Below, piece by piece: positions 16,264 through 26,677 of a DNA stretch of 64,000 nt; within the stretch, counting starts at the first letter, position 1; each line of letters opens with the position of its first letter. Source of the DNA: an uncultured Clostridia bacterium (lineage in GTDB: Bacteria > Bacillota > Clostridia > Christensenellales > Borkfalkiaceae); contig CALVUR010000005.1 in NCBI GenBank assembly GCA_944363645.1, positions 31,273 to 95,272 on the forward strand. Direction: 5' to 3'. Under the pieces are notes generated by a model. That model saw only the letters and a list, made by a program, of their open reading frames with translations. It was not told the origin of the DNA and did no database searches. Position numbers and translations under genes: made by a program.

Positions 16264-17670
16264 TTATGCTGGGTAAACTCTATCCTTATTAGATGCTAAA
16301 TCTTTATCAACACCTGTTTGTTGCGCTTGCCTATATTTAAAAAAGTTAATAGCAACTTGGTTAAATACTGCATATGACAATACGTCTTCTTCTTGTTGAA
16401 CGTATTCAGCACATTCTTGTTTGTATTTTTCAAGTTCAGGTGCGATATCGTCTGCTGGACGGTGTGTGATAATTGGTTCGTCACCAACAATCTTTTTAAC
16501 AACTTCTTGGTTGGGTTCAGCAGGAAGTTTACCATATTCACCACGTAACAAACCTTTAAATTCTTTGGTAACCATTTTGTATCTTTCGCCCATTAAAACG
16601 TTTAATACGGCTTGAGTACCAACGATTTGGCTACTTGGTGTAACAAGTGGTGGATAACCGCAGTCCTTTCTTACATTAGGAACTTCAGCTAAAACTTCCA
16701 TAAGTTTATCAGACTTGTTTTGTTGCTTTAATTGGTTGATAAGGTTTGAAAGCATACCGCCCGGTACTTGGTAAACAAGTGTGTTGATATCTACCTTTAA
16801 TACCTTGTCTGAAAGTACGCCTGATTCCTTTAATTCGTCAGCAACCTTGCGGAAGTGTTGAGTGATTGGAAGTAATTTATTGATGTCGATGCCTGTATCG
16901 TATTCAGTACCTTGTAATGTTGCAACCATAGGTTCTGTTGCAGGTTGAGAAGTACCATTACCAAGTGGTGATAAAGCACAGTCAATAATATCACAACCAG
17001 CTTCAATAGCCTTTAAGTTTACCATGTCACCTGTACCCGAAGTATTGTGGGTGTGAAGGTGAATTTTGGTTTCTGGCTTTAATACCTTTTTCATACCTTT
17101 GATAAGTTCGTAAACGGTGTAAGGTAATAAAAGGTTTGCCATGTCTTTTAAGCAGATGTTGTCTGCGCCCATGTCTTCAAGGGTTTTAGCAAGTTTAATG
17201 AAGTATTCGTTGGTGTGAACGGGGCTTGTTGTGTAACAAATTGCTGCTTCACAAACACCACCATATTTTTTGATTGCCTTCATAGCAGTTTCAAGGTTTC
17301 TTACATCGTTTAATGCGTCAAATACCCTGATGATTGAAACACCATTTTTAATACTTAAACGAACGAATTCATCAACTACGTCATCTGAATAGTGTTTGTA
17401 CCCTAAAAGGTTTTGTCCCCTTAAAAGCATTTGAATAGGTGTCTTTTTAAGGTGAGATTTTAAAATACGTAATCTTTCCCATGGGTCTTCGTTTAAAAAT
17501 CTTAAGCATGAATCGAATGTTGCACCGCCCCATGCTTCTAATGAATAGTAACCAATATCATCAAGTTGATCAAGAACGGGAAGCATTTGTTCAAGTTTCA
17601 TTCTTGTTGCGGCTTGTGATTGGTGTGCGTCACGTAATATTGTTTCTGTTATAAGAACTTTTCTTGCCAT
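16264..17670 (-). CDS. Oxaloacetate decarboxylase alpha / transcarboxylase 5S-type carboxyltransferase, no biotinyl domain
   Basis: Start at ATG 17670 (AAGGAG SD). Contains ITETILRDAHQS...HLHTHNTSG TIM-barrel metal-site motifs. It ends without a BCCP domain. Confidence 0.85.
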   Translation of the reverse strand: MARKVLITETILRDAHQSQAATRMKLEQMLPVLDQLDDIGYYSLEAWGGATFDSCLRFLNEDPWERLRILKSHLKKTPIQMLLRGQNLLGYKHYSDDVVDEFVRLSIKNGVSIIRVFDALNDVRNLETAMKAIKKYGGVCEAAICYTTSPVHTNEYFIKLAKTLEDMGADNICLKDMANLLLPYTVYELIKGMKKVLKPETKIHLHTHNTSGTGDMVNLKAIEAGCDIIDCALSPLGNGTSQPATEPMVATLQGTEYDTGIDINKLLPITQHFRKVADELKESGVLSDKVLKVDINTLVYQVPGGMLSNLINQLKQQNKSDKLMEVLAEVPNVRKDCGYPPLVTPSSQIVGTQAVLNVLMGERYKMVTKEFKGLLRGEYGKLPAEPNQEVVKKIVGDEPIITHRPADDIAPELEKYKQECAEYVQQEEDVLSYAVFNQVAINFFKYRQAQQTGVDKDLASNKDRVYPA

Positions 17671-17685
17671 AAAATTCACTCCTTA

Positions 17686-19059
17686 TTAAAGTAACGGACA
17701 AATTGCAAGCATTACACCTGCTGCGATTGCCGAGCCAATAACGCCTGCTACGTTTGGACCCATAGCATGCATGAGTAAGTGGTTATCCGGGTCGTATTCC
17801 CTACCAACATCTTGAGAAATTCTTGCCGCCATTGGTACTGCAGAAACACCTGCTGAACCAATAAGTGGGTTGATTTTTCCGCCTGAAATCTTGTTTAAAA
17901 TCTTTGCACAAAGCAAACCGCCAACTGTACCTAAGCAGAATGCGAACAAACCTAATAAGATAACGTAAATTGTACTTAATGTTAAGAATGTGTCGCCGAT
18001 CGCCTTTGAACCAACCATAACACCTAAGAAAATTGTTACTGTGTTCATAAGACCGTTTGAAGCGGTATCTGAAAGCCTTGCTGTAACGCCAGATTCTTTT
18101 AACAAGTTGCCGAGCATTAACATACCAAGTAATGGCATTGCGTCTGGTAAAAGTAAACCAACAATTAAAGAAACAGCGATTGGGAAAACAATTTTTTCAA
18201 GTTTAGAAACCGTTCTTAATTGTTTCATTCTAATACGGCGTTCTTTATCCGTTGTCAAAAGACGCATGATAGGCTTTTGAATAATTGGGATAAGTGCCAT
18301 GTATGAGTATGCTGAAATTGCGATTGCAGGAAGTAAATGTTCTGCAAGTTTTTTAGCACTATAAATTGCTGTAGGACCGTCTGCGCCACCAATCATTGCG
18401 ATTGCACCTGCTTCTAACGCAGTGAAACCAAGTAAGGTCAATGCACCAAAGAATGTGATGAAGATACCTAATTGAGCAGCGGCACCAATTAACATGCTCT
18501 TTGGGTTAGCAATCAATGGACCAAAGTCTGTCATACAGCCAATGCCAAGGAAGATAATCGGTGGGAAAATTACCCAATCTACACCTTTATAAATGTAGTA
18601 GAATAAGCCGAAATCTCTAATAACAGTCGAACTTGAAAGAGATAATTGTTCAGCAGCAAAAGTATACTCTACCCCGCTGATTGTTGCAGTGAACTCCCCG
18701 GCAAACGTGGTTGCCAACTGGTCAAAGTTCATACCAAATAATGTAGCGAGTTCTTCCGCCGTCCCTCTTGCAAATTCAGTATTAGTAAGTGTATCTGTTA
18801 CTATGTAACCTTTAGTACCAAACAAAATACCGTATGCACCCGGAATGTTTACGATAAACATACCAAAAGCGATTGGTAATAGTAATAAAGGTTCAAATTT
18901 TTTTACTATTGCAAGGTAAACTAAAACGAATGAAATAGCAATCATTACATAGTTACGCCAATCAGTGCCTTGAAAAACACCTGTTGATTGCCATAAATTT
19001 AGTAATGTTTCTTGAATATTCGTCCAAAAGTCACTTGCGAGTATTGTAGTTAAATCCAT
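17686..19059 (-). CDS. Na+-translocating decarboxylase beta subunit (OadB/MmdB/GcdB family)
   Basis: 457 aa polytopic membrane protein. Contains ...GIGCMTDFGPLIANP...IGGADGPTAIY...GPNVAGVIGSA family signatures. Confidence 0.9.
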   Translation of the reverse strand: MDLTTILASDFWTNIQETLLNLWQSTGVFQGTDWRNYVMIAISFVLVYLAIVKKFEPLLLLPIAFGMFIVNIPGAYGILFGTKGYIVTDTLTNTEFARGTAEELATLFGMNFDQLATTFAGEFTATISGVEYTFAAEQLSLSSSTVIRDFGLFYYIYKGVDWVIFPPIIFLGIGCMTDFGPLIANPKSMLIGAAAQLGIFITFFGALTLLGFTALEAGAIAMIGGADGPTAIYSAKKLAEHLLPAIAISAYSYMALIPIIQKPIMRLLTTDKERRIRMKQLRTVSKLEKIVFPIAVSLIVGLLLPDAMPLLGMLMLGNLLKESGVTARLSDTASNGLMNTVTIFLGVMVGSKAIGDTFLTLSTIYVILLGLFAFCLGTVGGLLCAKILNKISGGKINPLIGSAGVSAVPMAARISQDVGREYDPDNHLLMHAMGPNVAGVIGSAIAAGVMLAICPLL

Positions 19060-19079
19060 ACACGCAAACTCCTTTTAAA

Positions 19080-19460
19080 TTATGCGATAACAGCAAGTGT
19101 TGCGCCTGTTTCAACGTTTGCGCCTTGGCTTACAGTGTAAGTTACAACACCGTCGCATGGTGCGTTAAGGTCGTTGTCCATCTTCATTGCTTCAAGTACA
19201 ACGATTACATCGCCTTTTTTAACTTGAGTACCGTTAGCAACAACAAGTTTTTTAATCATACCGGGCATTGGTGCATTTAATTTTGTACCGTTTGCTGGTG
19301 CTTGTGGTGCTGGTTGTTTAGCAGGTGCTTGTGCTTGTTGTGGAGCAACTGTTTGTGTAGGTTGAACTGGTGCTGAAACTACTGTAGATTGTGTTGCGCC
19401 TACTTCTTCAACGCCTACTTCGTATTGTTTACCATCTATTGTTACTATAAAATTACGCAT
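19080..19460 (-). CDS. Biotin carboxyl carrier protein (1.3S/MmdC-like)
   Basis: 126 aa with an Ala/Pro/Gln-rich linker and the biotinylation motif VLEAMKMDN. Confidence 0.9.
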   Translation of the reverse strand: MRNFIVTIDGKQYEVGVEEVGATQSTVVSAPVQPTQTVAPQQAQAPAKQPAPQAPANGTKLNAPMPGMIKKLVVANGTQVKKGDVIVVLEAMKMDNDLNAPCDGVVTYTVSQGANVETGATLAVIA

Positions 19461-19472
19461 TGTTTAAACTCC

Positions 19473-19784
19473 TTAATGAATTCTTTTTATTTTTTTAAGT
19501 CTGAATTCGCAATTACTACCGTTTGAAAGGTAATATGCTGTAATTACTGCGGTGATTGCCGCAACAACTTGTGGTGTAACACCTTCTTCAATATAAGGTG
19601 TAACGGGTGCTGTATTAACTACTACTTCAGGTTCTTCTGTTTTTGGCTCTTGTTTATTTCTGTGTAAAATCTTACCGAGAATTGAAATAACTATAACGAT
19701 AAGCGCAATACCCAAAAATACAATTAGCATACCAAGTACAAAAACAAGTAAACCATTTTGTATATTAGATGCTAATAAGTTCAT
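19473..19784 (-). CDS. OadG/MmdD-like small membrane subunit
   Basis: 103 aa with a single N-terminal TM helix and C-terminal VVAAITAVITAYY, typical of the OadG family. Confidence 0.65.
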   Translation of the reverse strand: MNLLASNIQNGLLVFVLGMLIVFLGIALIVIVISILGKILHRNKQEPKTEEPEVVVNTAPVTPYIEEGVTPQVVAAITAVITAYYLSNGSNCEFRLKKIKRIH

Positions 19785-19796
19785 ATTTGCACCCCA

Positions 19797-21176
19797 CTAT
19801 ATAAGCATTTGAAGTGCAGCGATTAAATATTGACGAACATATTGTGGTTCGATTACTTCATCTAAATAACCGCCCTTTGCTGCTTTGAATGGATCAAGTT
19901 CGATTTGAGCGAATTTTTCCTTTAATTCTTCTTTATCGCCCTTATTTACAGCGTATTCCATTTCTGCACCAACTGCTGAAGAAACAGCACCTACTTCGCT
20001 ATTAGCAAAAGCGAATGAATAGTTTGCGCCGTAAGCCTTTGAAGCAAATAATGTGTAACCTAAACCGATTGCTTTGCCGGTGATTACGTTGATTTGTGGA
20101 ACATCTGCTGCATAATTTAATGCTGTAATAAGGTTACCGATGCTGAGTAAAACTGTTGAAGCGTTTGTCTTGCCATCTTGTTTAACGCCCAATGTGTTTA
20201 CGAAAGTAACGATTGGAAGACCATTATCTGTTGCGTAATACAAGAAGTTTTTAACCTTCTCAACATTTTCTTGTGTAAGTTCAACACCGTTTTCATCGTT
20301 AAAGATGATTGATGCAACTGAATAACCACCTACACGGCCGATACCTGTAACAACTTCTTTAGCAAATGTGTTGCCAAGTTCAATAAAGTTGCCGTTATCA
20401 AAAACAGCAGAGATAAGACATTTTGCGCAAACCTTATCGTTAAGGTTTTCTGCGTTTCTATTTAAGTCATCATTGCTATCTTGATATTCGCCATTATAAT
20501 ATGGTAAAACATTCAAAACATTGATAACGCCTTGTCTTGCTTCGGCTACATCTTTTACCCTAAATGTGCATAAGCCGCTGCCGTTTGCTGCGCCACCAAC
20601 TTTTTCTTCGTTTAAAGTTGTGCCAGCCTTTGCAGAAATTACAAATGGGCTGTTGAATGCAACGCAAGCACCGTCTACATAGTAAGTGTAATCGCTTAAC
20701 GCAACAAGTAATGTTGCAGAACCTAAAACTTTGCCGTAACAAATTGCAAATTGAGGAATGTTACCTTTAAGTTGTTCTGCTGTTGATAAAAGTTTTGCTA
20801 CGCCTTCAAGTGAATCAACGCCATCACCTGCCAAAATGCCGGTTGATGAAAGTAAATAAATGATTGGTGCGCCGGCTTCGGCTGCTTTTAACATGCAATT
20901 TACAATTTTATTGCAGTTGCCTAAACCTAAACCACCACCAAGCACTTTGTCGTTTATAGCGACAACATAACAAGGGTTGCTGTCGATAGTTGCAAAACCT
21001 GTAACCACGCCTTCACCTTGTGCGCTTTCGCCATAAAATTCGCTTTGTGAATAGCTATAGCTTTGTAATTCCACAAAACTGTCTGCGTCAATTAAAGTAG
21101 CAATTTTTTCTCTTACTTCACTGCTTTCTTGACGTAAACTGTCTTTACGGGATTTAAGCAAGCTTATTTTGTCCAT
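19797..21176 (-). CDS. Acyl-CoA carboxyltransferase (12S/MmdA-like), divergent
   Basis: Start at ATG 21176 (GGAGG SD 5 nt upstream). Two crotonase-like CT halves. The N-half motifs read GGGLGLG and SSTGILAGDGVDSLEG rather than the canonical forms I remember. Confidence 0.75.
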   Translation of the reverse strand: MDKISLLKSRKDSLRQESSEVREKIATLIDADSFVELQSYSYSQSEFYGESAQGEGVVTGFATIDSNPCYVVAINDKVLGGGLGLGNCNKIVNCMLKAAEAGAPIIYLLSSTGILAGDGVDSLEGVAKLLSTAEQLKGNIPQFAICYGKVLGSATLLVALSDYTYYVDGACVAFNSPFVISAKAGTTLNEEKVGGAANGSGLCTFRVKDVAEARQGVINVLNVLPYYNGEYQDSNDDLNRNAENLNDKVCAKCLISAVFDNGNFIELGNTFAKEVVTGIGRVGGYSVASIIFNDENGVELTQENVEKVKNFLYYATDNGLPIVTFVNTLGVKQDGKTNASTVLLSIGNLITALNYAADVPQINVITGKAIGLGYTLFASKAYGANYSFAFANSEVGAVSSAVGAEMEYAVNKGDKEELKEKFAQIELDPFKAAKGGYLDEVIEPQYVRQYLIAALQMLI

Positions 21177-21348
21177 ATCTGCCTCCATATTTTATTAACT
21201 TTGATATTACTGATTTTGTATGCCCACCACTTTTATATTACGCAGTAAAGGAATTTTTTACCGCTTATTGGTGGCTTGTAAAAACCAAACGAAATAAGCA
21301 AAACCAAATTTTAGGCCATTTTATTCCATTTTGATTTTTACATTGCCT

Positions 21349-21377
21349 ATTATACATTATAATTTTGTCATTTGCAA
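21349..21377 (-). promoter_or_regulatory. Promoter of decarboxylase operon
   Basis: Minus strand reads TTGCAA-17 nt-TATAAT, leaving a ~165-nt leader with nested hairpins. Confidence 0.5.
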
Positions 21378-21561
21378 ACAAAAAAGGCACGAAAAACAAA
21401 CCTTGCTATATTTATTTTTTATATAACAACTACCCTTTATAACCATTTTTTGCCATAAAAAGTTGTAAGTTTTGAAAATTTTATCAAAATTACGACTTTT
21501 TTCTATTTTTACTTAAATTTTGTAACCACCTTTGAAAGGCAAAAATTGTGCCTTTTAAAAC

Positions 21562-21588
21562 GAAAAAAGCAAGGCAAAATGCCCTGCT
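21562..21588 (-). terminator. Terminator after galT
   Basis: AGCAGGGC-auuuu-GCCUUGCU followed by a U-run on the minus strand. Confidence 0.65.
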
Positions 21589-21627
21589 TTTTAATAAAAA
21601 TCTATTTTTAATGCTTTTAAAATTGGC

Positions 21628-23097
21628 TTACCTTATGTTGATTGAAGCCAAAAATTTACGTAAATTGCGCACGCCGTCATCGCTTGACGGAAATGCAGAT
21701 TTTTTAGATACAGCACCCTTTAAACCAGCCAAAATTGCCTGTTTTGAAGCGTTTTCTGCCTTATGTGCATCCTTAAAATACCCGGTTTCTTCAATCAAAG
21801 TTTTTAAGGTTTTTTCATAACCATTTAAGACTGCGTTTTCAGCAAATAAACTGTTATCTAACGGAATTTTTTTAGTTAAGACTGCCACCATTGATTCGGT
21901 AACTTTCAACATTTCTTTTTCCAAAATAAATCTACCAAACATGCTTGGATAATTAAGTTTGGAATCAAAAATATCGCTACTATTACTTTCGTGTCCCGAT
22001 TCAAAATATTCGGTACTTAAAACAATGTCTACTGCGTAGCGGTTATCGTGGGCATATCTTGCGGAAATCGCACAATTATTGAGAGATTTTCCGTCAATAC
22101 CCCTACCATAAATACCCATTGAAGTATCGCTGTAATTTTGCCATTTTTCAATTATGTCAATAGCAATCCTTTCAAGCGTGTTGCGGTTAAAAGATTGCAA
22201 TCTTAATGCCGTGTAAACATCGTTAAATGCAGTAATTTCTACATCGGGATACGGAACTGATGACAATGTAATTGCCGTGTCTTCATCAAACTGCGTTTGA
22301 GTTGTAATACCGATTGAGAAAAGTGTATGTTCACTATCAAAAGTTAAACTGTCGCCGTTAAAATACACTTCTGCACTATATTCTGGCAAATATTCGATAA
22401 AATCAAGCATTGCCATAAATGTTTGCGCCGGTGTAGGTCTTTTATCGTGTGAAGGATAACAAACCATGCCCTCATGAGTTTTAGAATAAGCCCTTGCGAA
22501 ACGCATATTCCATTTTTCACCATTTAAGTCGAGCGCAACGCTTCTTAAACCGCCACCAAACATACCTTTTGCACCGATATAGCCTTCTACTTCAGGGCAA
22601 AGTGGGCATTTTGGATATGTTGTATGGGTTAATAAATCGGTCGGTAAATAGTTATCGTTTGAAGTGTAAACGCTTATACCATCTTGCACTATATACGGTG
22701 TAACACTTTCATTAAAGTCGATTGAAGGTACTTGACCTGAATGGGTTGACAAATCGTAAAGATATTCACAAGCGGCATGTGCCCCAAATTTTTCACGCAA
22801 GGCACGGAATTTTTTATTGGTTGACGATGGTAACGGCATAAGTGTACCAATAATGAAGCCAGCAAATAAATCTTCTTCACCCACATTGCAAAGTTTGTTT
22901 TCACGTGCAAAGGTCATAAGTTGCATTTTAAGTTTGCCAAAAGGAAGTGTTTCTTCAATTTGTGGCATATCAGTTGTGCTTAAATTTAATATTTGCAATA
23001 AAAGGTTGCGCTTTACACAAACATCATCTTGCGCCAACTGTAAATTTTCAGTTGCATATAAAAGCAATCTTTCAACTAAAACTGTTCCGTCAATCAT
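21628..23097 (-). CDS. galT: UDP-glucose--hexose-1-phosphate uridylyltransferase, type 2
   Basis: 489 aa, the Gram-positive long GalT family. N-terminus (...ERLLLYATENLQLAQDDVCVKRNLLLQILNL) and overall collinearity as remembered. Confidence 0.8.
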   Translation of the reverse strand: MIDGTVLVERLLLYATENLQLAQDDVCVKRNLLLQILNLSTTDMPQIEETLPFGKLKMQLMTFARENKLCNVGEEDLFAGFIIGTLMPLPSSTNKKFRALREKFGAHAACEYLYDLSTHSGQVPSIDFNESVTPYIVQDGISVYTSNDNYLPTDLLTHTTYPKCPLCPEVEGYIGAKGMFGGGLRSVALDLNGEKWNMRFARAYSKTHEGMVCYPSHDKRPTPAQTFMAMLDFIEYLPEYSAEVYFNGDSLTFDSEHTLFSIGITTQTQFDEDTAITLSSVPYPDVEITAFNDVYTALRLQSFNRNTLERIAIDIIEKWQNYSDTSMGIYGRGIDGKSLNNCAISARYAHDNRYAVDIVLSTEYFESGHESNSSDIFDSKLNYPSMFGRFILEKEMLKVTESMVAVLTKKIPLDNSLFAENAVLNGYEKTLKTLIEETGYFKDAHKAENASKQAILAGLKGAVSKKSAFPSSDDGVRNLRKFLASINIR

Positions 23098-23543
23098 TTT
23101 TTACCTTTAAAAAATTGTGTTTTAAAAAAGTCTATTTTTGTTGGAAATTTTTCCACAATCAAAATCTTAACAATAGGTAAAATTATTAAGCATTTTATTT
23201 AAATGTTTAATAACGCAAATTTTACCAATAACAATTATATACAAAAATGGAATTTTTTTCAACAATTTTCACCCCGTTTTGACAGAATAACATAAAAAAA
23301 CAAGGCATTTTTATTAAAATATCGACTTTAACATGATTTTTTGTGAAATAAACCAAATTTTAAGCGACATTTTACGCCTTGTTTTTTCATTTTTTATATC
23401 CAATTTTTAAAATTTTTTAGTTAACTTTTTGTTTTTAAGTAGGTGTAAAAAAATTTACAACAAATTTAGTAATTTAAATTTTTGATAAATAAAAATCAAC
23501 TATTTTTTGCTAATTTTTATATTTTTTAAATTTTGCATTTAAT

Positions 23544-24782
23544 TTAATGTTTGCTTGTAAAACCTTGTGGATGAATTGTATGTTCTTTTTCGGGATCTTC
23601 ACGTGCGATGCGCTTATCTTTTAAGTTTATCGCCTTTTGCAAACTTGTTGAGCCATATCTATCACGAATATCGCCAAGTGTTTGGGCAAGTTTTTTCTTT
23701 TTTTCGTACTCTTCAGGGTTTTCAAAAATGGAAAGTTGTGAAGATTCTTCAGCAAAATCACTTACCGAAATACCAAGCGACCTTATGCCCTTTTGAAAGT
23801 CGTAATTTTCCATAAAAAGTCGCATTGCTAAATTTAAAATGTCATCAGCAAAACTTGATGGTGGGTTTAACTTTGCTTGACGTGTAAAACTTTGCAAATT
23901 TTCATCCCTTATACTTATAGAAACAGTACTTGCACGCCCCAAATTTTTTCTTAATACCCTTGAGGAAACAGAGTCAGCAAGCACGGAAAACATTATATGA
24001 ACGTCTTCGATATCAGTTAAATCTCTATAACAAGTCATACTATTGCCGACCGATTTAATTTCGTCATAGTCTTCATAACGCTTTACGGGCGAATTGTCTA
24101 AACCGTTGGCATAAATTGAAAGCATTTGCCCCCATTTACCAAAGGTTTTGACCAAAAACTTATCATCCATTTTAGCCAAATCGCCAATAGTTTTAACATT
24201 AAATTTACCAAGTTTTTGTGCGGTTTTTCTGCCTACCATCAACAAATCTGAACACGGCAAATTCCACACGGTGTCTTTATAGTTATCGTAACTAATAACG
24301 GTTGTAGCATCGGGTTTTTTCATGTCAGAGCCAAGTTTTGCAAAAATTTTGTTAAAACTTACGCCAACTGAACATGTTAAACCAAGTTGTTTTACCCTTT
24401 CACGGATTTCGTTTGCGATTTTTTCGCCGTCGCCAAAAATTTTGCTGTTTGTAACGTCAAGCCACGCCTCATCTATACCAAAAGGCTCAACAAAATCAGT
24501 GTATTCAAGGTAAATTTTTCTCACCTTTTGTGAGTAATCTAAATATTTATCAAAATCGGCTTCAACAAGCACCAAATCGGGACAAAGATCTTTTGCATCT
24601 TTAATTGTCATACCCGTTTTGATACCCAACGCTTTTGCCTTATTATTTTTTGCCAAAATTATACCATGACGATCTTTTACACTTCCGCACACACCCAAAA
24701 AACAGTCTTTAAGCGCAGGGTTAAAGACTTGTTCACAAGTGGCATAAAAATTGTTTAAATCAGAGTGTAAAATTGTTTTCAT
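23544..24782 (-). CDS. dinB: DNA polymerase IV (Y-family)
   Basis: ILHSDLNNFYATCE...EPFGIDEAWLDVT catalytic motifs. 412 aa. Confidence 0.9.
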   Translation of the reverse strand: MKTILHSDLNNFYATCEQVFNPALKDCFLGVCGSVKDRHGIILAKNNKAKALGIKTGMTIKDAKDLCPDLVLVEADFDKYLDYSQKVRKIYLEYTDFVEPFGIDEAWLDVTNSKIFGDGEKIANEIRERVKQLGLTCSVGVSFNKIFAKLGSDMKKPDATTVISYDNYKDTVWNLPCSDLLMVGRKTAQKLGKFNVKTIGDLAKMDDKFLVKTFGKWGQMLSIYANGLDNSPVKRYEDYDEIKSVGNSMTCYRDLTDIEDVHIMFSVLADSVSSRVLRKNLGRASTVSISIRDENLQSFTRQAKLNPPSSFADDILNLAMRLFMENYDFQKGIRSLGISVSDFAEESSQLSIFENPEEYEKKKKLAQTLGDIRDRYGSTSLQKAINLKDKRIAREDPEKEHTIHPQGFTSKH

Positions 24783-24803
24783 AATTTTTAAGCAATGTAA
24801 AAT

Positions 24804-25691
24804 TTAAGATTTTAAAAAGTTTTTTATGTTTTTTAAATTTAATTTATCGCCATATTTAAAAATATATAAAGAGATTAAAGCGATAAATAAAAATATTATT
24901 GACCACACGCTTACGCCCCACACGGTGTCAAACGGAATAAGGCTTCCGTTCAAAAAATAACTTGTGGTAAATACTGAAATTAAACGTGTAAAAAAAGACA
25001 TTATTACAAAATATTTAACGCTTAAATTTGATAGCCCAGACATAAAACAAAGCAAATCATCCGGGAAAAACGGCATTAAAAACATCATAGTAATAAAAGG
25101 CTTATCTTTACCGCAAAAACTTTTTTGTGCACGCTGTAAATTTTTTTCGCCGATAATAAAACTAACAACTTTATTGCCAAGTTTACGACCAATAAAAAAT
25201 GCTGTAATTGAGCCTAAAAATATTGCTGTAAAACTTAACAACGCACCTTTGAAAACACCGAAAAGCGCAACAGAAGCCCCTATTGTTATGATGGACGGAA
25301 CGGGCAAAATTATTACTTGTAAAAACTGAATTACAAATAAAATAAGTTTGCTATAAACACCTTTATTTAAAACAAACTCTTTTAAACTTTCAACGCTTTC
25401 AAAATTAGCCCAAAAACCGCTTAAATTAAAAATGTGTAAAAGTATCAATATAGCGCATAAAAGGGCTAAAAAACAGATTGTAAGCCTTTTTAAAGACTGT
25501 TTTTTGTTGCACAGCACAAAACTTGTTATTATGAACACAAAAATTACTGTTAAACCTAAACTAATAACTAAATTTTTGTTTTCTTTTATAAAGCCGTAAC
25601 TGTTATTTGCGTACAAAATAAGAAAAAGCGCACAAAGTACGCCAAGTGTAATTATAGTTAAAATATAGCCTAAATTACGGATTTTTGCCAT
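24804..25691 (-). CDS. TVP38/TMEM64 (DedA-like, SNARE-associated) membrane protein
   Basis: 295 aa polytopic protein. Contains LPVPSIITIGASVALFG...FIGRKLG...FFPDDLLCFMSGLS. Confidence 0.7.
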   Translation of the reverse strand: MAKIRNLGYILTIITLGVLCALFLILYANNSYGFIKENKNLVISLGLTVIFVFIITSFVLCNKKQSLKRLTICFLALLCAILILLHIFNLSGFWANFESVESLKEFVLNKGVYSKLILFVIQFLQVIILPVPSIITIGASVALFGVFKGALLSFTAIFLGSITAFFIGRKLGNKVVSFIIGEKNLQRAQKSFCGKDKPFITMMFLMPFFPDDLLCFMSGLSNLSVKYFVIMSFFTRLISVFTTSYFLNGSLIPFDTVWGVSVWSIIFLFIALISLYIFKYGDKLNLKNIKNFLKS

Positions 25692-25755
25692 TTATAATTA
25701 ACCTCATAATTTTACCGATAAAAATTTAATGGTAAAAACGTATTTAGTTATTAGT

Positions 25756-26220
25756 TTATGCTAAAGTATCCGTATTTAATTGTGTTGTAATCTTTTTTAT
25801 TTCGTTTCGAGCAAGTTTGTCGCAACGATTATTATATTCGTTATCGGCGTGCCCTTTAACTTTTACAAATGTAACCGAATGGAAGGAAAGCATTTTTAAA
25901 AGTTCTTCCCAAAGTTCTTGATTTTTAACAGGCTTTTTATCGTTTGTTTTCCACCCGGCTTGAAACCATTGGAAAAGCCTGTCGTTTAAAACGGCATTGA
26001 CAACGTAAGCAGAATCGCTGTATAAAGTTACTTCACAGCGTTCTTTTAAGATTTTTAAAGCGTTTATAACAGCCAAAAGTTCCATGCGGTTATTGGTTGT
26101 ATTAGCCTCGCCACCGCTTATCACCTTTTCGACATTTTTATAAATTAAAATTGCGCCCCAACCACCAGGACCGGGGTTATATGAACACGCACCGTCTGTG
26201 TAAATTTGAATTTGTTTCAT
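25756..26220 (-). CDS. rnhA: Ribonuclease HI
   Basis: IYTDGAC..NPGPGGWG...TNNRMEL...DS.Y...KGHADNEYNNRCDKLA (DEDD catalytic residues). Confidence 0.9.
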   Translation of the reverse strand: MKQIQIYTDGACSYNPGPGGWGAILIYKNVEKVISGGEANTTNNRMELLAVINALKILKERCEVTLYSDSAYVVNAVLNDRLFQWFQAGWKTNDKKPVKNQELWEELLKMLSFHSVTFVKVKGHADNEYNNRCDKLARNEIKKITTQLNTDTLA

Positions 26221-26434
26221 AATAACAAAAAAGCCGTTTTAGCCCCTTAAATTTAATCTTATTACTTTTATAACTCAATCATTATAACACAATAATAAAA
26301 ATAAATCAATAATGGCAACGGCTAAAAGGTCAATTACACCCTCATTTTAATGCTGTTTGTAAAAATTTTATCACCTATTTTCAACTATTCGACAAATTAA
26401 AAAAACACACGGCACAAAAAGTACCATGTGTTTT

Positions 26435-26509
26435 TGGCAGGGGAGACGCGATTCGAACACGCAACCTACGGTTTTGGAGACCGCTACTCTACCGTTGAGC
26501 CACTCCCCT
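26435..26509 (-). tRNA. tRNA-Trp (anticodon CCA)
   Basis: 75 nt, AGGGGAGTGGCTCAACGGTAGAGTAGCGGTCTCCAAAACCG...TTCGAATC...CCA. Confidence 0.92.
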
Positions 26510-26631
26510 ATTTTTTAAAGCATTAAAATTGTATACTAATATAAGAAAAATGTCAACGAAATTACGGCATTTTTTATAAAATATCCACTTATATTGATAA
26601 ATTGACTATATATTTTACTAAGTAGCAACTA

Positions 26632-26660
26632 AAAAGCGGAAGGCTTTTTAACCTTCCGCC
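26632..26660 (-). terminator. Terminator after 786-aa lipoprotein gene
   Basis: GCGGAAGG-loop-CCTTCCGC plus a U-run on the minus strand. Confidence 0.7.
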
Positions 26661-26677
26661 AAATAGTTACAAGATAA

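Noticed and set aside
21548-21820. + strand ORF 21548..21820 (90 aa)
   Set aside because: It overlaps the galT 3' end and its terminator on the opposite strand. It has no SD and its composition is driven by the antisense frame.
23295-23387. Perfect 12-bp inverted repeat AAAAAACAAGGC ... GCCTTGTTTTTT separated by 69 nt, between dinB and galT
   Set aside because: The loop is too large for a standard terminator and there are no other copies in the window. It is probably a degenerate or expanded terminator, so I did not pursue it.
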